Source: Spirochaetia bacterium
GTDB taxonomy: Bacteria > Spirochaetota > Spirochaetia > CADAEX01
Direction of reading: 5' to 3'
DNA: 64,000 bases
Assembly: GCA_963662795.1 (NCBI GenBank)
Contig: OY759746.1
Span: 1,024,001-1,088,000, forward strand
Below, piece by piece: positions 11,101-18,535 of this stretch. Both the position numbers and the translations under genes were made by a program. A model generated the notes under the pieces. That model saw nothing but the letters and a program-made list of their open reading frames with translations. It had not been told where the DNA came from and did not search any database. Within the stretch, counting starts at the first letter, position 1. Each line of letters starts with the position of its first letter.

Positions 11101-11515
11101 TAAAAACAGTTGATCCGGTTGAAACATAAGCACCTGTTCCGCTTAGAGTCATATTACCGGCAACTTCTAAAATTCCATCATTATTGAATGTTCCGTCACT
11201 TATTATTAAATCCCCGTCAAGAGTGAGGATATTGCCGCTGTTTATAGTTACAGATGCCCCTGGTGCAGATAAAGTAAGTCCTAAAATATTATAATCATTA
11301 TCAGTAACAGGATAGTTTCCAAGTGCTCCATTATCAATAACAGCATTTTCTGCATTTGTATCTGGGACATTATTAGGGGCCCAGTTAGTGGCAGTCCCCC
11401 ATATACCTGTGCCAGCACCTTCATCCCACGTCCTATTTTGTGCATTTATCTGAAATAGAGGTAATGTAATAAAAAGAATTACTAATATCTGCTGTATTTT
11501 TAATTTCATAAACAA
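2174..11515 (-). CDS. Giant (3113 aa) secreted repeat protein, putative adhesin/surface beta-solenoid with a C-terminal FlgD Ig-like domain
   Basis: Signal peptide (..LFQINA-QN), G/T/S/A/N-rich beta-helix-like repeats and Ig-like middle region. The C-terminus NNVINP..GE...Y.L...V.I.IFSLSG.VV.TL......G.YSF.WDGKN..G..VARGIYFIR is typical of FlgD_ig. An AGGAG RBS is present; the start is TTG 11515 or ATG 11509. Confidence 0.8.
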   Translation of the reverse strand: MFMKLKIQQILVILFITLPLFQINAQNRTWDEGAGTGIWGTATNWAPNNVPDTNAENAVIDNGALGNYPVTDNDYNILGLTLSAPGASVTINSGNILTLDGDLIISDGTFNNDGILEVAGNMTLSGTGAYVSTGSTVFNGTTDLTTNTVNLGAITIDSGSSVTLLDDLSCSTITINGTLNTNGFSLTTTGDCNVSGTLDSSTVGGTVTIGGDFLVSGGSSTLANSLSAVNASFTGAGTVTANGAFNLSGNLSMSDGTLNGSGAIDVNGNVSLTNALADLSGDGRTINVAGDWDESAAVFTAGTGEVIFDGTTPSLTATNSFNNFTVAGVSVTLASAIDVNGALTITAGTLLAAGNQINVAGNWSNSGTFTHGGNLVVFDGAGSITAGGSDFNNVDITAGARTSGTAFTVTGLLDISGGSLTHSGGVLDAGTLTLSGGDLTVTNPGSLSVSTGDFTINNAASTYTGSGTVGVTPGDLLISAGSYTGSGALTAGADVSLSGGTFSPTGTTAITGDFLVSGGSSTLANSLSAVNASFTGAGTVTANGAFNLSGNLSMSAGTLTGTGAIDVNGNVSLTNALADLSGDGRTINVAGDWDESAAAFTAVTGTVIFDGTTPSLTATNSFNNFTVAGVSVTLASAIDVNGALTITAGTFLAAGNQINVAGNWSNSGTFTHGGNLVVFDGAGSITAGGSDFNNVDITAGARTSGAAVTVTGLLDISGGSLTHSAGVLDAGTLTLSGGNLTVNTTGSLSVSTGDFTINNAASAYTGSGTVGVTPGDLVISDGSYTGSGALTAGADVSLSGGTFSPTGTTAITGDFLVSGGSSTLANSLSAVNASFTGAGTVTANGAFNLSGNLSMSNGTLTGTGAIDVNGNVSLTNASATLSGTGRTINVAGDWDESAAVFTAGTGEVIFDGTTPSLTATNSFNNFTVAGVSVTLASAIDVNGALTITAGTLLAAGNQINVAGNWSNSGTFTHGGNLVVFDGAGSIAAGGSDFNNVDITAGARTSGAAVTVTGLLDISGGSLTHSAGVLDAGTLTLSGGDLTVTNPGSLSVSTGDFTINNAASAYTGSGAVGVTPGDLLISAGSYTGSGALTAGADVSLSGGTFSPTGTTAITGDFLVSGGSSTLANSLSAVNASFTGAGTVTANGAFNLSGNLSMSNGTLTGTGAIDVNGNVSLTNAAANLSGDGRTINVAGDWDESAAVFTAVTGTVIFDGTTPSLTATNSFNNFTVAGVSVTLASAIDVNGALTITAGTFLAAGNQINVAGNWSNSGTFTHGGNLVVFDGAGSITAGGSDFNNVDITAGARTSGAAVTVTGLLDISGGSLTHSGGVLDAGTLTLSGGNLTVNTTGSLSVSTGDFTINNAASAYTGSGAVGVTPGDLVISDGSYTGSGALTAGADVSLSGGTFSPTGTTAITGDFLVSGGSSTLANSLSAVNASFTGAGTVTANGAFALSGNLSMSAGTLTGTGAIDVNGNVSLTNASATLSGTGRTINVAGDWDESAAAFTAVTGTVIFDGTTPSLTATSSFNNFTVAGVSVTLASAIDVNGDLTITAGTLLASGNQINVAGNWSNSGTFTHGGNLVVFDGAGSITAGGSDFNNVDITAGARTSGAAVTVTGLLDISGGSLTHSAGVLDAGTLTLSGGDLTVTNPGSLSVSTGDFTINNAASAYTGSGAVGVTPGDLVISDGSYTGSGALTAGADVSLSGGTFSPTGTTAITGDFLVSGGSSTLANSLSAVNASFTGAGTVTANGAFALSGNLSMSAGTLTGTGAIDVNGNVSLTNASATLSGTGRTINVAGDWDESAAVFTAGTGEVIFDGTTPSLTATNSFNNFTVAGVSVTLASAIDVNGDLTITAGTLLAAGNQINVAGNWSNSGTFTHGGNLVVFDGAGSITAGGSDFNNVEIDGTAYTAGADITLDGTLTRTAGNLVMGANQLSVAGDVIYTSGTLTSTVIVTLNGGGAQDVDFTDTTLTNLTVNKAGGTATAGSDITLAGYFSNILGGFDLNDFEMTVTTDVIISAGTLSTGSGRINCGGDWQTAVGAVFDSGTGVVIFNGGGAQSLTTGGNDGNHDFYNIAVNKSGGTISVLTNDLLCRNFFHFAGTLNIAGRTVRTTGDFAVFGAGYAADNEWSAGNWTTDVFKYDPDPAFTRPAAIDAASASVLAIIDETVTHTAVFSDLDGATIRTDGNFYNNGADMPATVNWNLQIRDNSSGITFFAEAYGVITVTNSQVALNPLDGTIGNIAAAEGVTATGCSAEWKTTRTTIAGAGTYTVYDDVIRVEFDELIENTNDEISAAVADIFLTAYATSFTGTYTDAECTISTDTVDDIDTFYIRITTNPWNTDAQNASLGNVSSTDRDGTHQTNIPQIHFRKHFAGLYQTLRDQYKNRLDTTDYITVTDKCPPVLVSITADRDAGTAQAYNYHNYFQLKYSEPVNLGTAAGFTIADATASNVRAQPLFDDSASGKYGGSIEQSGADVDITGFFTYAASTVNKGSKDGTPEVNSLYRANTGGAANSDSTLGIRIFIAGYSTGADPDQVYPGYLWGVTDPVAKAVTVPANNFITDASGNILEHTAGSAYPKIAVSVAGAGWDVDQPVISAYSPGAITGPYNEILTRDTDTDNLIDRLEIHIHDNSADDGTWDSTADHPDPTAGEGLRDTSVTSSSTGFTINSTGNTTVRPASGFSFLTAVENSLFKPTLPYQINVKNDMYFSISFNDSELPLNYLTQLILSYDSSVGFITDLSGNLLYNETNINCYEQVPPGFTYTLSIVGDDKIFVKFSEYVYGQINPPHATTDPVDAADFTIPGYTISGVDRVERAPDNIGTLTAFINVDSAITANDAISLSITPFDGASVFDALGTPMDAAEAHRITDIGIGIIEPVWADDSIESENIQIGGTLKYFDGTGKLHDSDITLEANILASNAAGFPVNIFYDANVPSSYYWNDIWLPALIPGFNPAGNTSARGSAAYSSSGTLRTFLIPENDSEMTAGKRMDFIFRVGDLFCARVANPDDPRTVIPWSVKIEGVKEQRSGVTILNNVINPLKGEKTVLSYDLKKRGGVTINIFSLSGDVVKTLYKGTQPAGSYSFTWDGKNSGGRVVARGIYFIRVVGPGISEYRKVLVVK
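5819..10885 (-). repeat. Intragenic tandem repeat with a 903-bp (301-aa) unit, about 5.6 near-identical copies
   Basis: Equivalent antisense ORFs start at 5991, 6894, 7797, 8700, 9603 and 10506, spaced exactly 903 bp apart. The protein unit GDFLVSGGSSTLANS...GTTAIT recurs. Confidence 0.97.
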
Positions 11516-11597
11516 TAAACTCCTGAAAGAGTTTTTATTTTACAATAAAAAATTACTTTTTACATATTTAATAATAATATTATCATAGATCATTTAC

Positions 11598-11632
11598 AAA
11601 AAAAAGGGATGTCCCTTATCTCAGGCATCCCC
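11598..11632 (-). terminator. Rho-independent terminator of the TRAP-usp operon
   Basis: Minus strand GGGGATGCC-TGAGATAAG-GGACATCCC followed by a T run. Confidence 0.7.
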
Positions 11633-11716
11633 AGCACCAATATACCAATTCACAAGACATTTGAAGCATAATTCTTTCAACTAATTGATGAATTTCTTAC
11701 TTTCTCAAGCAGAGAG

Positions 11717-12172
11717 TCACTCTTCTCCCGGTATTATTATAACAGGACAAGCGGCCTTTCTCGCCACAAAACCTGCAGTATTACCGTAGAAAAGGGTTTT
11801 AAGCTTGCTTGAGCCCTGCCTGCCGATAATTATCAGGTCCGCGCCTGTCTCACCTGCCGCATCAAGGATACTCTGATTAACCCGCCCTACTGCCATTCTT
11901 ACTGAATATTTTATATCTGATGGAATTTTTGAAGTATAGGCCTTCTCGGTTTTTGCATCAATATCAGCTTTTGCCTTGCTGTCAACAGCATCAAGCTCAT
12001 AGATATAGGATTTCCAGAACTGGGCATCCGGCTCAGGGACTATGTGGAAAATGATAATCTCGCATTCAGGGTTGCCTTCAGCAATATTAAGCGCATATTT
12101 AAAAGCAAGATCGGCATTTTCTGAAAAATCCGTGCAGAAAAGTATTTTTTTGAAAATATTTCTGTGAGGCAT
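11717..12172 (-). CDS. Universal stress protein (UspA family, TeaD-like, TRAP-associated)
   Basis: FKKILFCTDFSENA, ADLIIIGRQG...YGNTA..V.RKAACPVIII; last gene of the TRAP operon. Confidence 0.9.
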   Translation of the reverse strand: MPHRNIFKKILFCTDFSENADLAFKYALNIAEGNPECEIIIFHIVPEPDAQFWKSYIYELDAVDSKAKADIDAKTEKAYTSKIPSDIKYSVRMAVGRVNQSILDAAGETGADLIIIGRQGSSKLKTLFYGNTAGFVARKAACPVIIIPGEE

Positions 12173-12200
12173 ATCTCCCCCTCCTTATGACACTTTGATA

Positions 12201-13499
12201 TTACCGTAAATTCGGCAGAAACAGGCTGATCTGCGGAAAAGCGACAAGAAGAATTGCAGCCAGTATAAGCATATACAGAAAAGGGAGTGCACCTTTGAAG
12301 ATAGTCTGAAGCGGAATATCCCGCTCAATACCGCTTACCACATAAACATTTACACCTACCGGAGGTGTTATTACCCCCATCTGCGTAATAACAACTACCA
12401 TTACCCCGAACCATACCGGATCATATCCGAGTTCCATAATTACAGGGTAGAAGATTGGTATTGTAAGAAGAACAAGGGCCAGAGCATCAATGAAGCAGCC
12501 GGCTGCGAGAAAAAACAGGATAATAAGAAACATTACCATGAAACCCGGAAGGGGCAGATTGGTAAACCACCTCGCAGCCGCAAACGGGATCTGGGAAACA
12601 GCAAGGAACCGCCCGAAAATAACAGCTCCTGTTACAATAAAGAAGATCATGCTTGAAGTGCGGACTGTCTCCTGTATGATTTTTTTTATTACAGACAGAT
12701 TAAGTTTCCCTTTTACCAGTGCGATCAGGATACTGCCTCCGGCGCCTATTGCGGCCGCCTCTATCGGTGTAAAAAGGCCCAGAAACATGCCTCCCATAAC
12801 CACGCCGAAGAGTAAAAGCGTTTCAATGACACCGTTTAAGGAACGGAACCGTTCCTTCCAGGATGCTTTGGGACCTTTAGGCCCGAGTTTTTTATTAATC
12901 GTGCACCGTATGCCGATCGAGACACAGAAAAGAAACGCAATCATAAGGCCGGGGATAATACCGGCGAGAAAGAGTTTGCCAATAGACTGTTCTGTCATGA
13001 CAGCATAAACGATAAAAACCACGCTTGGAGGGATAAGCATACCTATGCTTCCCCCTGCCGCTACCGATCCGCCCGCAAGTTCATCCGAATATGAGTAGCG
13101 GCGCATCTCGGGAAGGGCAACCGATGCCATGGTAGCCGCGGTAGCGGGGCCTGATCCGCTTATTGCCCCGAAGCCTGTACAGGCTCCGATCGTAGCCATG
13201 GCAAGCCCCCCGGGCAGATGTCCTATCCATGCATAGGCAGTCCTGAAAAGTTTTGTGCTTATTCCGGCGTGAAAAGAGACCTGCCCCATCATTACAAAAA
13301 GAGGAATTACAGTGAGGTTATATGAGGAGAAAGTATCGAAAATATCTGATGTTACCATACTGAGCGCGGCATGCGGGTTTACTATCATGGCAAAACCGGC
13401 AACCCCTGCTGTTATCATCGCGAACGCAACCGGCATGCTGGCAAAAAGGAGCACAAAAAGAAATAAACATCCGGCAAGGCCGATTTCAACTGGCGTCAT
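12201..13499 (-). CDS. dctM: TRAP transporter large permease
   Basis: 432-aa hydrophobic protein with IPLFVMMG, GAISGS, GMLIPPS and ITPPVG motifs. Confidence 0.93.
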   Translation of the reverse strand: MTPVEIGLAGCLFLFVLLFASMPVAFAMITAGVAGFAMIVNPHAALSMVTSDIFDTFSSYNLTVIPLFVMMGQVSFHAGISTKLFRTAYAWIGHLPGGLAMATIGACTGFGAISGSGPATAATMASVALPEMRRYSYSDELAGGSVAAGGSIGMLIPPSVVFIVYAVMTEQSIGKLFLAGIIPGLMIAFLFCVSIGIRCTINKKLGPKGPKASWKERFRSLNGVIETLLLFGVVMGGMFLGLFTPIEAAAIGAGGSILIALVKGKLNLSVIKKIIQETVRTSSMIFFIVTGAVIFGRFLAVSQIPFAAARWFTNLPLPGFMVMFLIILFFLAAGCFIDALALVLLTIPIFYPVIMELGYDPVWFGVMVVVITQMGVITPPVGVNVYVVSGIERDIPLQTIFKGALPFLYMLILAAILLVAFPQISLFLPNLR

Positions 13500-14032
13500 G
13501 GCTTAATCATCTCCTTTCCCGGATGAATCAGGTGGTAAAAAACAGTTATGCACACAAGAGTAAGGCTTACAGCAATTATAATCGGTATCCAGAATACAGG
13601 GATTTTAAGCGTAGGCATTACCTGGGCGCTTTTCAAAAGCGTAACAGAGTAAAGAATATTTCTGTAAATCAGGATTCCAAAGAGAGAGATCGTGATTATC
13701 CTGAACAGGGAATCAAGGATGATTCTTCCAGTAAGTGAAAAATTATGATAAAAAAATTCAATGGCAACATGCCCTTTGACAGCAGTAACATAGGGCAGAG
13801 CAAATGCTATCGAGGTAACACCGGCGATCCTTACTATGTCGTAAGCCCCGGCAATACCTATGTTGAATATCCTTAAAACAACATCCGCTGTTGTGACAAG
13901 TATCATTACAAAAACTGCCGCACCCGAGATATATGTGAAAAACAGGATTATGCTTCTTAATTTATTGAAGAAAGCCTCTCCTGTTTCTCTCTTTTTTATT
14001 GGCTGCACTTTATGATTCATATCAGGTGCCAA
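13496..14032 (-). CDS. dctQ: TRAP transporter small permease
   Basis: Four TM helices and a GHVAIEFF motif, between dctP and dctM. The start may be ATG 14020. Confidence 0.88.
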   Translation of the reverse strand: MAPDMNHKVQPIKKRETGEAFFNKLRSIILFFTYISGAAVFVMILVTTADVVLRIFNIGIAGAYDIVRIAGVTSIAFALPYVTAVKGHVAIEFFYHNFSLTGRIILDSLFRIITISLFGILIYRNILYSVTLLKSAQVMPTLKIPVFWIPIIIAVSLTLVCITVFYHLIHPGKEMIKP

Positions 14033-14034
14033 AA

Positions 14035-15036
14035 CTATTTAAGCAGTGATTTAATATCATCAAGGAAAGCCCGGCCGGGAAGGCCTTTTGCCTCAACAGC
14101 TTCAATATAGCTTTCAAGGACAGGCTTAACCGATTCCACAAGCGCGTTTTCCTGTTCGGCTGAAAGTGAAATAAATGTTTTGTTAAGTCCTTTTACAAAC
14201 TCTTCCCCTTCACTGTCGCTTTTATCCCATGCTTTTCCCTGTTTCTCTATCCACTCGTTGCTTACTTCATCAAAAACTTTCTGTATATCTGCGGGGAGAC
14301 TTTCCCATTTCTGCCTGTTCATCACCACAAACATAGCAGTTGTGTAGCCGATCGCTCTGGTATCAATTACATAATCGATAACCTCGCCCTGTTTCCAGCC
14401 TTTAAGTGTTTCAACAGGACAGAAAGTAGCTTCCGCTACCCCTTTCTGGAGAGCTTCATAGGTTTCACCCTGGCTCATGGCAATGGGAACAGCTCCTAAA
14501 CTTGACACAATCTTGGCGGAAAGTCCTGTTGCCCGTATTTTCATTGCAGCAATATCAGAAATTGATTCTATCTTTTTTTTGGAGGCAAGTATCCCGGGGC
14601 CGTGGGCATGAAGGTAAAGGACTTTTACATCGCTAAGCTCAGCGGGATTGTATTTCTTTACCATTTCATTCGCAACTTTTGTCGCGGTAAGACCGTCCGG
14701 ATAGCCGACAGGAAGGTCAAGTCCTTCAAGCAGCGGGAATCTCCCCCTGGTATAGGCAAAAACACTCATTCCGATATCAGATACACCGTTTACAACCCCT
14801 TCGTAGACCTGAGGTGCCTTGGTAAGGGTTTCCCCGGCATATACCGTGATTTTAACTTTACCGTCTGTTCTTTTCTCTATCTCCTGAGCCCATTCTGAAC
14901 CGGTCTGGGCCTGAAGATGGGATGCCGGAAAAAAGATGCTGTATGAAAGCTCTACAGCTTCAGCCTCTTTTTTACTGCATGATGAAAATGCCAATACAAT
15001 CAGTACCGCAATGATAAATAAACTGAGCTTTTTCAT
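14035..15036 (-). CDS. dctP: TRAP transporter substrate-binding lipoprotein
   Basis: [18 protein letters not shown] and YEALQKGV motifs; lipobox AFSS-C. Start moved to ATG 15036 (AGGAG RBS). Confidence 0.92.
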   Translation of the reverse strand: MKKLSLFIIAVLIVLAFSSCSKKEAEAVELSYSIFFPASHLQAQTGSEWAQEIEKRTDGKVKITVYAGETLTKAPQVYEGVVNGVSDIGMSVFAYTRGRFPLLEGLDLPVGYPDGLTATKVANEMVKKYNPAELSDVKVLYLHAHGPGILASKKKIESISDIAAMKIRATGLSAKIVSSLGAVPIAMSQGETYEALQKGVAEATFCPVETLKGWKQGEVIDYVIDTRAIGYTTAMFVVMNRQKWESLPADIQKVFDEVSNEWIEKQGKAWDKSDSEGEEFVKGLNKTFISLSAEQENALVESVKPVLESYIEAVEAKGLPGRAFLDDIKSLLK

Positions 15037-15061
15037 GGTAACTCCTATGGTTTTGAGTTCA

Positions 15062-15090
15062 ATGATAGAAAAAGCTATACTGTATGTCAA
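15062..15090 (-). promoter_or_regulatory. Sigma70 promoter of the TRAP operon
   Basis: TTGACA-17 bp-TATCAT on the minus strand. The palindrome ATACAGTAT overlaps the -35/spacer and may be an operator. Confidence 0.65.
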
Positions 15091-15146
15091 TTAAAATTTC
15101 TTATAAATAGAAACATTATATGCGGTTGGCAGGTCATATACGCAAT

Positions 15147-15177
15147 AAAAAACGCCGCCTTAAACAGGCAGCGTTTT
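15147..15177 (-). terminator. Rho-independent terminator downstream of htpG
   Basis: AAAACGCTGCCT-loop-AGGCGGCGTTTTTT hairpin with a T tract on the minus strand. Confidence 0.7.
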
Positions 15178-15298
15178 GTCAACTTAAATTATCCATATGT
15201 TTTTTATAAATATCATAAACACGATAGCGTCCATCAGGGGCTGAAGAGCATGCCCGGCAGGACAACCCCGCAGTCAGGTAATCACTTTAAAAATCAGC

Positions 15299-17173
15299 CT
15301 AAACAGCTTTTCCCATCACCCGGTTAAGCCTCTTAACAAAATCCGCCGGCTTCTTGATCTCTACCCCTTCAACAAGCATGGCCTGTTCAAGAAGAAGAAA
15401 ACTGATGTCGTCAAAAAGAGCTTCATCCCTGATATCTTTTAGTTTCTCAATGATCTCATGTTTAGGGTTGATTTCAAGGATCGGCTTGATATCAGGCATA
15501 TCAGTCTGCCCCATGGCTTTAAGCATGTGCTGCATCTGTGCGGTCGGATCATTCTCGTCAACCACAATACAGCAGGGCGAACCGCTGAGCCTGCTTGAGG
15601 CAACAACATCCTTGACACTGTCGCCGAGGGATTTTTTAATCCTCTCTATTACAGGCTTTGCCTCTTTTGCGTTTTCCTTGTCTGCTTCTGTTTTAAGCTC
15701 ATCCCCGGCTCCGCTCCTGTTTACCGCCTTGAGCTCCTTCTCCATGTATTTCCCGAGTGTCGGAATAACAATCTCGTCTATCTCGTCATCCATTAAAAGT
15801 ACTTCGATATTTTTTTCCTTATATGCCTCAAGCAGCGGCGAATTGCGCAGGGTTTCCTCATTATCGCCTGTTATATAATATATAACCTTCTGGTCATCCT
15901 TCATTGCCGAGACATAATCCGAGAAGCTTATAAGCCCCTCACGCTCAGTGCTTTTAAAGCGGATAAGGTCCTGTATTGTTTCCCTGTTGCCGAAATCAGA
16001 GTAAAGCCCTTCTTTAAGCGGTCTGTTGTACTGTTTTATAAATTCTATGTATTTTTCGGGATTGCTTTCAGAGAGTTTCTTAAGTTCCGAAAGAACCTTC
16101 TTTACCGATGAATTTCTGATATTTGTCATCACCCTGTTCTGCTGCAGTATTTCCCTGCTTACATTCAGCGGCAGGTCTTCGGAGTCAATTACACCGCGGA
16201 GGAACCTTAAGTATGTCGGAAGCAGTTCCTTATCGTCATCAGTTATAAAAACCCTTGACACATAGAGCCTGACGCCCGGCCTGTAGTCTGCCTGGTACAT
16301 GTCAAACGGCGCTTTTTTAGGGATAAAGAAAAGGGTTGTATATTCCATAGTCCCTTCCGCCTGGGTATGGATCGTGTAAAGGGGATCGTCGGTATCATGT
16401 GAAATTGTCTTGTAAAACTCGTTGTAATCCTCATCGGTAAGGTCTGATTTTGATTTTTTCCAGAGAGCGGACGCTGAATTGATCTTTTCCCTCTTTTTAT
16501 TTACCTTCCCCTTCTTTTCCTTTCCCTTGTCGTCATACTCTTTTTCTGTATATTCAAGAAAAATCGGAAAAGCTATATGGTCCGAATATTTTTTTATGAC
16601 GCTTTCTATCTGCCAGCGGCTTGCGTATTCGCTGCCGTTCTCATTGAGGTAAAGTATTACATCAGTTCCGTGCCCCTCTTTTTCAGCTTCAGATACTGCA
16701 AAATCGCCCTTGCCGTCGCTTTCCCATTTAAATGCTTTGTCCTCGCCGGCTTTTTTCGAGATTACCTCAATTTTATCCGCAACCATAAAAGCCGAGTAAA
16801 AACCTACTCCGAACTGTCCGATAAGGTTTGAATCCCTTTTCTCGTCTCCTGTAAGGCTTGATAAAAAGTTTTTAGTACCGGAACGGGCAATTGTCCCGAG
16901 GTTAAGGACAAGCTCTTCCTCGTTCATACCTATTCCTGTGTCTTTTACGACAAGTTTTTTTACTTCCCCGTCATCATAGCTGATTTCTATTCCCGGCTCA
17001 TATGTAAGTCCTTTATACTTCTCATCAGTCAGGGTGAGGTATTTGAGTTTATCGAGAGCATCCGATGAATTCGATATAAGCTCCCTTAGAAATATTTCCT
17101 TATGGGAATAAAGCGAATGAATTATTAGATGAAGAAGCTGTGAAACTTCTGTCTGAAACTGGTGTGAAGACAT
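15299..17173 (-). CDS. htpG: Molecular chaperone HtpG (Hsp90)
   Basis: HSLYSHKEIFLRELISNSSDA, IGQFGVGFYSAF, DSEDLPLNVSREILQ and LEINP.H motifs. Confidence 0.98.
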   Translation of the reverse strand: MSSHQFQTEVSQLLHLIIHSLYSHKEIFLRELISNSSDALDKLKYLTLTDEKYKGLTYEPGIEISYDDGEVKKLVVKDTGIGMNEEELVLNLGTIARSGTKNFLSSLTGDEKRDSNLIGQFGVGFYSAFMVADKIEVISKKAGEDKAFKWESDGKGDFAVSEAEKEGHGTDVILYLNENGSEYASRWQIESVIKKYSDHIAFPIFLEYTEKEYDDKGKEKKGKVNKKREKINSASALWKKSKSDLTDEDYNEFYKTISHDTDDPLYTIHTQAEGTMEYTTLFFIPKKAPFDMYQADYRPGVRLYVSRVFITDDDKELLPTYLRFLRGVIDSEDLPLNVSREILQQNRVMTNIRNSSVKKVLSELKKLSESNPEKYIEFIKQYNRPLKEGLYSDFGNRETIQDLIRFKSTEREGLISFSDYVSAMKDDQKVIYYITGDNEETLRNSPLLEAYKEKNIEVLLMDDEIDEIVIPTLGKYMEKELKAVNRSGAGDELKTEADKENAKEAKPVIERIKKSLGDSVKDVVASSRLSGSPCCIVVDENDPTAQMQHMLKAMGQTDMPDIKPILEINPKHEIIEKLKDIRDEALFDDISFLLLEQAMLVEGVEIKKPADFVKRLNRVMGKAV

Positions 17174-17359
17174 ATTCTTCTCCTGTATGAATTTGTTTTT
17201 GATAAGTCATTAAAATATACAAATATTTTTTTCAATCGGCAATTACTCAAATGCAGCTATTCTCTTGCTTTTTTCACTATGCTAAATTAAGGTTTTAAGG
17301 ATATCCTGAATTATAATAGATAGTGCTGCCGAAAGGAGAAGGCATCAGGAGGAGAATTT

Positions 17360-18535
17360 ATGAGCGGCAGATCAGGCAAAGAGCACACAATTTCTGAAAA
17401 ACTTAATTTAAGAGCTGATTTACCCTTTTACAACAGCGCCATGGTAACTGTACGGGAAGTTCTTAAGGTAAAACAGGGTGAAAAAATACTCATAATTACA
17501 AACCCTGATGAGGAAAGCTTTACAATTTCATCTGCACTTTATGAAGCAGCAATGGAATATGGCGGAATACCCTGTCTTGTAATCCAGCAGAAAAAGGACC
17601 AGCTTGATTTTGCGGATGATGCGGTAATCGGGGCGATAAAAAGCGAACCTGATGTGATAATATCCATAAGCAGAAACAAACTGGGAAAAGACAGAAAAGC
17701 AATCGCTTCTCCCTATAAAATAGGGGAAAAAAGCTATGACAGCACATTCCATTATCTTGTTGACGGCGTCAAAAAGAGCAGATCGTTCTGGTCTCCGGGG
17801 ATTACGGCAGACATGTTCAGAAGGACTGTAGCGATAGACTACGCAAGACTTAAACAGGAATGCCTTTTCCTTAAATCAATCCTTGACCGTGCTTCATCAG
17901 TAAAAATATCAGGCAAATCCGGAACCGATTTCGAGATTTCAATTGAGGGGAGGGAAACATTCTGTGATGACGGCGATTTCTCGCTTGCGGGTTCAGGCGG
18001 AAATCTTCCGGCAGGAGAGGTTTTTATCTCACCGGTTGTCGGGAAAAGCCGCGGGACAATTGTATATGACGGAAGTATCTCGACAAAAGACGGCGATTTA
18101 ATTATCAGCACGCCCATAACGGTAAAAGTCGAAGAGGGATTTGTTACGGCGATTGAGGGGGGAGAAGAGGCTGATATTTTAAGGGATACAGTAGATGCCG
18201 GTAAGGCAAATGCCGTACTTTTTGAAAAAGAGGGGAAGCTCCCGTCAGGCAGCGGAGAGGTCTACAGAAAAAATGCGGGGAATATCGGAGAACTCGGCAT
18301 AGGCCTTAATCCTGCCGCCGAAATCAGGGGCAACATGCTTGAGGACGAAAAAGCCTACAGAACCTGCCACATAGCAATAGGCAGCAACTACGATGATGAT
18401 GCCCCTTCGCTTATCCACCTTGACGGGCTTATAAAAGAGCCGACAATCACCGCTTTTTTCCCCGACGGCAGCAGCTCCATAATAATGGAAAAAGGCGATT
18501 TGCCGGCAGATATGGACGGGAAGAAGTCCGGATGA
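17360..18535 (+). CDS. Aminopeptidase, M29-like (thermophilic metalloprotease / leucyl aminopeptidase T type)
   Basis: GNLPAGEVFISP, IGELGIGLNP, MLEDEK...CHIAIGSN and HLDG metal-binding motifs. Confidence 0.85.
   Translation: MSGRSGKEHTISEKLNLRADLPFYNSAMVTVREVLKVKQGEKILIITNPDEESFTISSALYEAAMEYGGIPCLVIQQKKDQLDFADDAVIGAIKSEPDVIISISRNKLGKDRKAIASPYKIGEKSYDSTFHYLVDGVKKSRSFWSPGITADMFRRTVAIDYARLKQECLFLKSILDRASSVKISGKSGTDFEISIEGRETFCDDGDFSLAGSGGNLPAGEVFISPVVGKSRGTIVYDGSISTKDGDLIISTPITVKVEEGFVTAIEGGEEADILRDTVDAGKANAVLFEKEGKLPSGSGEVYRKNAGNIGELGIGLNPAAEIRGNMLEDEKAYRTCHIAIGSNYDDDAPSLIHLDGLIKEPTITAFFPDGSSSIIMEKGDLPADMDGKKSG

Noticed and set aside
5991-11129. Periodic plus-strand ORFs (155, 108 and 71 aa), some Cys-rich
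   Set aside because: Antisense shadows of the repeat protein's biased codons, with no RBS or promoter support.
17320-17352. GCCGAAAGGAG as a glycine or lysine riboswitch fragment
   Set aside because: The leader is too short and lacks the other conserved aptamer elements.
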